A stretch of 64,000 nt of DNA, from assembly GCA_016185345.1 (NCBI GenBank), contig JACPNS010000016.1:54975-118974 (forward strand), given 5' to 3'. Of this stretch, positions 1 to 8,252 are shown piece after piece; the stretch's first letter is position 1; each line of letters starts with the position of its first letter. The stretch comes from Solirubrobacterales bacterium (GTDB lineage: Bacteria; Actinomycetota; Thermoleophilia; Solirubrobacterales; JACPNS01). Made by a program: the position numbers and the translations under genes. Below the pieces are notes generated by a model. It saw nothing but the letters and a program-made list of their open reading frames with translations, was not told the DNA's origin and searched no databases.

Positions 1-2
1 AC

Positions 3-1932
<1,930 letters not shown>

Positions 1933-2146
1933 CTGCGGATCGTACGGGATGATCGGCAAGCGCGTATTCAACCAACCTGTATCGGTGGAAAAGCTCACGC
2001 GGCTGACGGCCTGCTTCAAGGCGACGGTCCTGCGTCGGGCAAGGCTTCGCATTGCTGAACGCAGGAATTCTCGGCGCGATGACCGCGCAGCGCTACTTCT
2101 TCCAACACGACCAGTCGCGCCTGGGGCCCATCGCCCCCGGTCGACG

Positions 2147-2938
2147 CTAGGCGTGTTTGAACGGGTTGGCGGTCTTGCCCAGGATGTACTGAACGCGGTT
2201 CGGGATCGGCCGCATGCTGGCCGAAAGCACTTTGTTGAGCGATCCCGGAACACAGACCGGCTTGCCTTTCATGACGGCTTCCCAGCCCTCTCGCACGACA
2301 TCGTCGGCGTCCTGCCACATCACGCCGGGCAGGCCGTCGGCCTGACTGCGCGTTCCCATCACGTCATGGAATTCACTTCGGGTGAACCCGGGGCAGAGCG
2401 CGGTGACGTTGACGCCGTAGGACTTGAGCTCCATGTCTAGGGCCTGCGACATGTTCAAGATGTAGGTCTTGATTCCGGTGTAGAGCAGGCTTGCTCCGGG
2501 CGGCTGAAACGCCGCGAGCGAAGAGAGGTTGACAATCCGGCCCCAACCGCGATCGCGCATACCGGGAGCGGCAAGGTGTGTGAGCTCGGTGACCGCCGTC
2601 ACCATCACCTGTAGTTCGCCAGCTATTTCGTCCCACGGCGTTTCCGAGAATGCCCCTTTACCCGAGAGGCCGGCGTTGTTGATCAGAACGTCGATGTCGA
2701 CGCCGAGGTTCTCGGCGTGTTTGAAAATCTCGCGTGGCGCCTTCCCGTCACGAAGATCAGCGGACAGTATTTCGTAGCGCCCATTGTGTTTCTCAGACAG
2801 TGTCCCGGCGAGTTCTTTCAGTCGGTCCTCGCGGCGCGCCACCAACAGAAGGTCGAGACCTTCAGCGGCGAGGAGCTCGGCGAAGGCAGCACCTATTCCG
2901 GCGGAAGCTCCTGTGACGAGTGCGGTGCGAGTTGGCAC
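2147..2938 (-). CDS. Short-chain dehydrogenase/reductase (classical SDR)
   Basis: N-terminal TGASAGIG dinucleotide-binding motif, NNAG, and YxxxK (YTGIK). GTG start lies 2 nt after the stop of the upstream gene, suggesting an operon. Confidence 0.85.
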   Translation of the reverse strand: MPTRTALVTGASAGIGAAFAELLAAEGLDLLLVARREDRLKELAGTLSEKHNGRYEILSADLRDGKAPREIFKHAENLGVDIDVLINNAGLSGKGAFSETPWDEIAGELQVMVTAVTELTHLAAPGMRDRGWGRIVNLSSLAAFQPPGASLLYTGIKTYILNMSQALDMELKSYGVNVTALCPGFTRSEFHDVMGTRSQADGLPGVMWQDADDVVREGWEAVMKGKPVCVPGSLNKVLSASMRPIPNRVQYILGKTANPFKHA

Positions 2939-2940
2939 GG

Positions 2941-3561
2941 TCAGTTGATCCCTTCAGAAGTGAGCGGAGTGATCGATCGCACTGTGAGCGCGGGGACCTC
3001 CCGAACGCTGGGTACGAACGACGCGGCAGGCGTGCCGATGTCACCCGCGTACGGGCGATCAGTGGCGCGAAGCGCGAACGGCAGAGGGATTTGACGCTGG
3101 CGCTTCGTGAATCCCCACGTTCCGATCGCCAGGTACAAACCGTCGTTGACTCGCCTGATTTCATCGACCATGTTGATCGCCCCGCACATGGAACGGTACG
3201 CCCGATAAATGAGTGTGTAGGAATCGCGGCCGTCGTATCGTGATGGTGCGATCATGGTTCGCATCGGGTACCGCTGGATGACCTTGCCGAGCTGACGAAA
3301 GCTGTTGTAACCGCGGCCCTCGGTTTCGTTCACCGGTCGGAAGCCTTTGCTCAGCCAAGGCGAGAAGGGGAGCCCGACGGCGAAGAAGCCGTTGATTTCT
3401 GCGGCGAGGCTCGGCTGCTGCAAAAGCGTCGCGTCGTAATCGCCGTTCATCTCTTTAATGCCAGGCGAGGGCAGATCGCGAAAGAACGAGAGCAGTTCGA
3501 ATGAGCCGGCTTCGCGAAGGTCGAGGTACGTTGCGACCTCTTGATCGGTGTTCAAGAGCAT
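2941..3561 (-). CDS. Hypothetical protein, tentatively GXWXG/DUF4334-like
   Basis: 206-aa ORF with ordinary amino-acid composition and an ATG start, tightly followed by the SDR gene. The C-terminal stretch YRAYRSMCGAINMVDEIRRVNDGLYLAIGTWGF recalls the DUF4334 region. Family assignment is from memory only. Confidence 0.55.
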   Translation of the reverse strand: MLLNTDQEVATYLDLREAGSFELLSFFRDLPSPGIKEMNGDYDATLLQQPSLAAEINGFFAVGLPFSPWLSKGFRPVNETEGRGYNSFRQLGKVIQRYPMRTMIAPSRYDGRDSYTLIYRAYRSMCGAINMVDEIRRVNDGLYLAIGTWGFTKRQRQIPLPFALRATDRPYAGDIGTPAASFVPSVREVPALTVRSITPLTSEGIN

Positions 3562-3601
3562 GGGGCGTCTACCGTAGCAACTCTTGACGACGGATCAAGA
3601 G
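3538..3601. promoter_or_regulatory. Two identical 21-bp palindromes (candidate TetR operators) in a divergent promoter region
   Basis: CTCTTGA-tcggtgt-TCAAGAG at 3538-3558 overlaps the ATG of the 2941..3561 gene. CTCTTGA-cgacgga-TCAAGAG at 3581-3601 lies 6 nt before the TetR ATG. Half-sites are identical and the centres are 43 bp apart. Confidence 0.5.
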
Positions 3602-3606
3602 AGCTG

Positions 3607-4149
3607 ATGGCGAGAAACAAACAACTCCAGGACAGGAACGAGAAGCGCGATGAAGTAGTCACCGCCGCAAGCCAGTTGCTCATCGAAGATGGATATGACG
3701 CCACCTCGATGAACCGGATCGCCGATGCCGCCGGAGTAACCCCGAACACGATCTACTGGTACTTCAAGGACAAGGATGCAGTGCTCATCGCGGTCTTGAA
3801 CGCAGTGGTTGACGATGCCCTGGCGGAATACCAGACGATCGCTGAGCGACCAATTTCTGAGCTCCTCCCGTGGTTGCTTTCTCGACTTGAGACCGCAAAG
3901 AAGCTCGTGACCACCGTCCACTCAAGGATCGCCCAGTCGCCTGAACTGAACGAGTGGCATGATCGGTTTCACGTCGCTTCAGAAAGCTTGCTCTGCAGTC
4001 ACCTCGAGCGCGTCGGCGTGCCGGCGGAGGCGGTCGACGCCGAAGCGAAAATCGGAATCTTTGCGTTTGAGGGGATGTTGATGCACGACCTCGGAGAGAC
4101 TCAGAACCTCGCGATATGCGCTGCACTCGCCGCTCGTTGGACCGATTAG
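3607..4149 (+). CDS. TetR/AcrR family transcriptional regulator
   Basis: N-terminal HTH SMNRIADAAGVTPNTIYWYFKDKDAV is typical of the TetR family. Start set at ATG 3607 (MARNKQ...) because the track start at 3541 would overlap the divergent gene. Confidence 0.85.
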   Translation: MARNKQLQDRNEKRDEVVTAASQLLIEDGYDATSMNRIADAAGVTPNTIYWYFKDKDAVLIAVLNAVVDDALAEYQTIAERPISELLPWLLSRLETAKKLVTTVHSRIAQSPELNEWHDRFHVASESLLCSHLERVGVPAEAVDAEAKIGIFAFEGMLMHDLGETQNLAICAALAARWTD

Positions 4150-4440
4150 CAAAAAATGTCGGTCCCATAGATCGGTCGCATTCAGTTGACCTCTGACCTC
4201 CCGGAGCGCACTTAACGGCCTACTGCCGACGGTCACATGTAATGCACGATAATTGACGTTATGTGAACTCGTTCAGAACCACCCTGAACGCGTTGCCGGG
4301 GTTTGCGCCAGTCGTCACCGGGCTGGGACACGCACGTCGCGAAAGTGGAACTAGGTCGCTTTCAGCGACACCCTTGATTGCGAGTTCTCACCCAGAAACC
4401 ATCTCTGGTTGATTGACCATTAGCACCCTGCTCTGGCTCC

Positions 4441-4477
4441 GAAAATGCGAACGGCCCCAGTCGCTGGGGCCGTTCGC
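4441..4477 (-). terminator. Rho-independent terminator downstream of the repeat-protein gene
   Basis: Perfect 13-bp stem GCGAACGGCCCCA/TGGGGCCGTTCGC (4447-4477) with a 5-nt loop. On the minus strand it is followed by ATTTTC, and it lies 25 nt after the stop at 4502. Confidence 0.55.
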
Positions 4478-4501
4478 GGTGCGGGATGAGCTTTTGGCTC
4501 A

Positions 4502-4867
4502 CTACTTGCTTGACGGACTTCCAGTCGCGCCATCGCTCTCGCTGCCTGATTCGTCGGCCTTCTCGTTGGCGTCGGACTGCTCAGGGCCCTCGGCCTTCTC
4601 GTTGGCGTCGTTCTTTTCCGTGCCCTCGGCCTTCTCGTTGGCGTGGTTCTTTTCCGTGCCCTCGGCCTTCTCGTTGGCGTGGTTCTTTTCCGTGCCCTCG
4701 GCCTTCTCGTTGGCGTCGGGTTTGTCGCTCGCAGTTCCCTGCGTTTGAGCCGGCGGGGTGACTGGCGTGGGCGTGTTCGAAGCGGCGCCCGCGATTGCGG
4801 AGCCTCCGAGTGCCATGGCACCAACTGCAATGACTCCGAATACAACCTTCTTGATTCGATCCTTCAT
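4502..4867 (-). CDS. Small secreted acidic protein with five 12-aa tandem repeats
   Basis: AAGGAG Shine-Dalgarno sits 8 nt before the ATG. Signal peptide MKDRIKKVVFGVIAVGAMALGGSAIAGAAS is followed by (D/H)ANEKAEGTEKN x5. A terminator hairpin follows. Confidence 0.7.
   Translation of the reverse strand: MKDRIKKVVFGVIAVGAMALGGSAIAGAASNTPTPVTPPAQTQGTASDKPDANEKAEGTEKNHANEKAEGTEKNHANEKAEGTEKNDANEKAEGPEQSDANEKADESGSESDGATGSPSSK
4556..4735. repeat. 36-bp direct tandem repeat, 5 units
   Basis: Units starting GGCCTTCTCGTTGGCGT begin at 4556, 4592, 4628, 4664 and 4700. The middle units are near-identical. The repeat is in frame and encodes the 12-aa protein repeat. Confidence 0.9.
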
Positions 4868-4926
4868 TTGATTCCACTCCTTGTTCTTGGATGGGGGACT
4901 TACTCCGATTCACGCTAAGTGGGGCA

Positions 4927-4998
4927 GATGAGTGAACGATGAGACGTAGCTGGCGCTGCTGTGCGGCGCGATCTGCGGATTCTCATCTGGCTCTCATC
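4927..4998. promoter_or_regulatory. Phased hexamer repeats (candidate response-regulator sites) in a divergent promoter
   Basis: GATGAG at 4927 and 4938 (11-bp spacing) is mirrored by CTCATC at 4982 and 4993 (11-bp spacing). The repeats lie between the repeat-protein gene and the response-regulator gene. Confidence 0.35.
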
Positions 4999-5052
4999 TT
5001 CGGGGTTTAGGGTTGGATCGAAGCAATCCCCTATCCCCTCAACAAGGCCAAC

Positions 5053-5733
5053 ATGCGCGTTCTCGTCGTTGAAGATGAAGTGAAACTTGCATCGCTCCTG
5101 CGGCGCGGCCTACGCGAAGAGGGGATTTCAGCTCACATCGCACTCCGAGGAGAGGACGCGCTATGGATGGCTGAGGAGACTGAATACGACGTGATCGTCC
5201 TCGATGTGATGCTTCCCGGCATCGATGGATTCGTCACGTGCCAGAGGCTCCGTGCACAGTCGATTTCTGTGCCGATTCTCATGCTGACTGCGAGAGACTC
5301 TGTCGTTGATCGAATCTCCGGCCTGGATGGTGGCGCAGACGACTATCTGACGAAGCCATTTTCATTCGCCGAACTGCTCGCACGTATGCGCGCGCTTGCG
5401 CGGCGCGGGACGGTTGACGTCGAAGTGCGGGTCTCGGTCGGCAATCTACGTCTGGATCCTGCCACGCATGAGGTTTGGCGCGGCGACGTACCAATCGAAC
5501 TCTCGGTGAAGGAGTTCTCGATCCTCGAGACCTTCATGCGACGGCCGGGGCTCGCGATGTCGCGCGATCAACTGCTCGACAACGCTTGGGACTACGAGTT
5601 TGAAAATCGCTCGAATGTCGTAGACGTATACGTTCGCTACCTCCGCGAGAAGATTGATCGTCCGTTTGGAATTGAATCGATCGAAACAGTCAGAGGTGTC
5701 GGATATCGGTTGCGGAAAGATGGCGGGACGTGA
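5053..5733 (+). CDS. OmpR/PhoB-family response regulator
   Basis: Receiver domain (VLVVEDE, DVIVLDVMLPGIDG, LTKPF) plus winged-helix output (VRGVGYRL). Confidence 0.9.
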   Translation: MRVLVVEDEVKLASLLRRGLREEGISAHIALRGEDALWMAEETEYDVIVLDVMLPGIDGFVTCQRLRAQSISVPILMLTARDSVVDRISGLDGGADDYLTKPFSFAELLARMRALARRGTVDVEVRVSVGNLRLDPATHEVWRGDVPIELSVKEFSILETFMRRPGLAMSRDQLLDNAWDYEFENRSNVVDVYVRYLREKIDRPFGIESIETVRGVGYRLRKDGGT

Positions 5734-7100
5734 GCCGCCTTCCAATTCGCATCAAGGTCACTCTGGCGTTCTTTTTGGTGATGATCCTCGTGCTCGCGAG
5801 CGCGGGAGTCTTTCTATATGTGAGCCTTGCGGCGAGCCTCGACGAGACAATCAATCAGGGGCTCTACACCCGAGCTTCGGACGTCTCCGCCCTGGCGCGC
5901 GAGGCTGACACCGGCCTAAGCCTCTCCGGTGGCAACTCGTTAGCCAAGGAGGGTGAGAATTTTGCCCAGATTGTCGACGAGTCCGGGCGCGTCTTCGACG
6001 CGACGCCAGAATTCCGGACGCGCAGCCTGCTCAGCCCATCTGAACTACAGGACGCGTCATCCAGTACGCGCTTGATTGAGAACATCGGGATCGACACCGA
6101 AGAACCTGCTCGCATTCTGGCAACACCGGTTTCCGCGCAAGGGCGCCGGCTCGTCGTGATCGTGGGTACTTCACTCGAAGACCGCATTGGAACGCTGAGC
6201 GACATGCGCAACCTCCTACTGATCGGAGGCGCACTTGCGCTTCTGCTTGCGTCAACTGCTGGCTACATGGTTGCCGCGGCTTCATTGCGACCGGTTGAGA
6301 AGATGAGCCGACGGGCTCAGACCATCTCCGGGGACGAGCTTGGTGTACGCCTGCCGCTGCCACCAGCCAACGATGAAATCCATCGTCTCGGCGAGACACT
6401 CAATGCGATGCTCGACCGCCTTGATCGCGCGGTCACCCACGAACGTGATTTCGTGTCGGATGCGAGCCATGAGCTGCGAACGCCACTCGCGGTTCTTCGC
6501 ACAGAGCTTGAAATAGCGCTCCGCAAGAGTCGGACTGTGGAAGAGATGGAATGTGCCCTCCGCTCGGCGTACGACGAAACTGAGCGGTTGGTGCAGCTAG
6601 CTGAAGCTCTGCTCGTACTCGCGCGCATCGATCAAGGCGAGATGCCGCTGAACAAGGAGCTCATCGACGTCAGACCGATCCTCGCGAGGATGCAGTCAAA
6701 GTACGAAGAGCGCTTCGAGCGTGCCGAGGGCTCGCTCGAAATGATCGCCCCGCCTGATTTGGAGCTCCTTTGCGATCCGTTACGCGTCGAGCAGGCAATC
6801 GCAAATTTGCTTGAGAATTGCCTGCGGCATGGCGGCAGCACCGCGACGGTGGTCACCTCGCGGGTTGACAGTGGTCTCCGGTTAGCTGTGTCTGACGACG
6901 GTCCAGGGTTTCCAGATGAATTCGTGCCCCGAGCGTTTGACCGGTTCAGCCGGGCGGCAGAGTCACGCCAGTTCGCCGGCAGCGGCCTCGGTCTGGCGAT
7001 CGTCAAGTCAATCGTGGATTCGCATGGCGGGACCGTGCGCGTGGTCAACGGCGAGGACGGCGGAGCGACGGTGGAACTCGATTTTCCCAGCCCCTCGTAG
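5730..7100 (+). CDS. Sensor histidine kinase (2 TM, HAMP, HisKA, HATPase)
   Basis: H-box FVSDASHELRTPL, N box LLENCLRHG, and G boxes DDGPGF and GSGLGLAIV. ATGA start/stop overlap with the response regulator. Confidence 0.9.
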   Translation: MSRLPIRIKVTLAFFLVMILVLASAGVFLYVSLAASLDETINQGLYTRASDVSALAREADTGLSLSGGNSLAKEGENFAQIVDESGRVFDATPEFRTRSLLSPSELQDASSSTRLIENIGIDTEEPARILATPVSAQGRRLVVIVGTSLEDRIGTLSDMRNLLLIGGALALLLASTAGYMVAAASLRPVEKMSRRAQTISGDELGVRLPLPPANDEIHRLGETLNAMLDRLDRAVTHERDFVSDASHELRTPLAVLRTELEIALRKSRTVEEMECALRSAYDETERLVQLAEALLVLARIDQGEMPLNKELIDVRPILARMQSKYEERFERAEGSLEMIAPPDLELLCDPLRVEQAIANLLENCLRHGGSTATVVTSRVDSGLRLAVSDDGPGFPDEFVPRAFDRFSRAAESRQFAGSGLGLAIVKSIVDSHGGTVRVVNGEDGGATVELDFPSPS

Positions 7101-7296
7101 GCGCGCGTATTGCCGCGCGGAACCGAGCCGCAGCGCGAGCATTGAACAAAGCCAAATTCGCGTGTTCGTGAACTTTTACTCTCATCTGGATGAACTTGGT
7201 CATTCGCAGTTTCGTGAAATCCGATGCTCAGGCCGCAGGCGTAGGGAATCGCCCCACTCAGTCTTGGCGAACCTTGATATCAGTACTGTCTCGCCG

Positions 7297-8217
7297 GTGA
7301 AACTGATCCGCCGAATCGAGTCTGGTCAGGGCGAGTTCCTGCTTTTTGCACTCACGCCGCCAACTCTCGCGACGGATCGCGAGCGCGCGCAGGAGATCGC
7401 CGCGCTGACGATCGCGCGCCTCGAGCCGCTGGATCTGGATGGCGTGATCCTCTACGACATCGATGATGAACGCGAGCGGAACCCGGAAGAGCGTCCGTTT
7501 CCGTTCATGCCGACCATCGACCCGGCGGACTACTTGGCCGATCACCTTACGGCTTTGCAGACCCCTGTGATCGTCTATCGCGCAGTCAGCAAATATGCCC
7601 CCGCGGACCTTCGCACGTGGCTGTCAGCTCAAGATCCCGAGCGGCTGATGACGGTTCTCGTCGGAGCCCCCACGAGCGGCAGGGCGGCCCGAACGTCGCT
7701 CGCAGAAGCCCAGGCGCTGCGGCGCGAGGCCAATCCGCGCATGCTGTTGGGCGGCGTGGCTATACCCGAGCGTCATAGTCGGCGCGACGACGAGCATCTG
7801 CGCCTGCTTGCCAAGCAGGACGCGGGTTGCCGATTCTTCGTGACACAGGTTGTATATGACATCAACGCAGCGAAGAATCTCGTTTCCGACTACCACTACG
7901 AGTGTCGGGCGCGCGGAATGTCGCCAGTGCCAGTTGTCTTCACGTTTTCGGCATGTGGGTCGATGAAGACCCTGAATTTTCTCCGCTGGCTCGGCGTCGA
8001 TGTACCGCGGTGGATAGAAAACGAGCTCGCGCACGCAGCCGATCCCCTTGAAGCTTCGTATCAACAGTCGCTGACCATCGCCTCGGAGTTGATCGACTAT
8101 TGCCGCACGCTCGGCATGCCGTTTGGCATCAACGTCGAAAGCGTGTCGATTCGGCGAGTTGAGATCGAAGCTTCGGTGCGACTCGCGGCACAGATGGGAA
8201 TGCAGATGAGGCGCTAG
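7297..8217 (+). CDS. Methylenetetrahydrofolate reductase-family protein (start provisional)
   Basis: The translation (LLFALTPP..., CRFFVTQVVYD..., GINVESVS) resembles the MTHFR fold family. There is no in-frame ATG after the kinase stop, so GTG 7297 was chosen (TTG 7264 is possible). The track start at 6916 lies inside the kinase gene. Confidence 0.65.
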   Translation: MKLIRRIESGQGEFLLFALTPPTLATDRERAQEIAALTIARLEPLDLDGVILYDIDDERERNPEERPFPFMPTIDPADYLADHLTALQTPVIVYRAVSKYAPADLRTWLSAQDPERLMTVLVGAPTSGRAARTSLAEAQALRREANPRMLLGGVAIPERHSRRDDEHLRLLAKQDAGCRFFVTQVVYDINAAKNLVSDYHYECRARGMSPVPVVFTFSACGSMKTLNFLRWLGVDVPRWIENELAHAADPLEASYQQSLTIASELIDYCRTLGMPFGINVESVSIRRVEIEASVRLAAQMGMQMRR

Positions 8218-8252
8218 GGCGGCTCTCAGTTGGATCGCGCGATCCGCTCAGG

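Noticed and set aside
4556-4735. Regular 36-bp repeats that could be mistaken for a CRISPR array
   Set aside because: The units are directly abutting with no spacers. They are in frame within an ORF that has an RBS and a signal peptide, and no cas genes are nearby. This is a coding tandem repeat.
4413-4845. Alternative-frame ORFs across the repeat region (4413..4748 +, 4420..4845 -, 4581..4913 -)
   Set aside because: These are artefacts of the periodic sequence keeping every frame open. Only the 4502..4867 frame has a strong Shine-Dalgarno, a signal peptide and a terminator.
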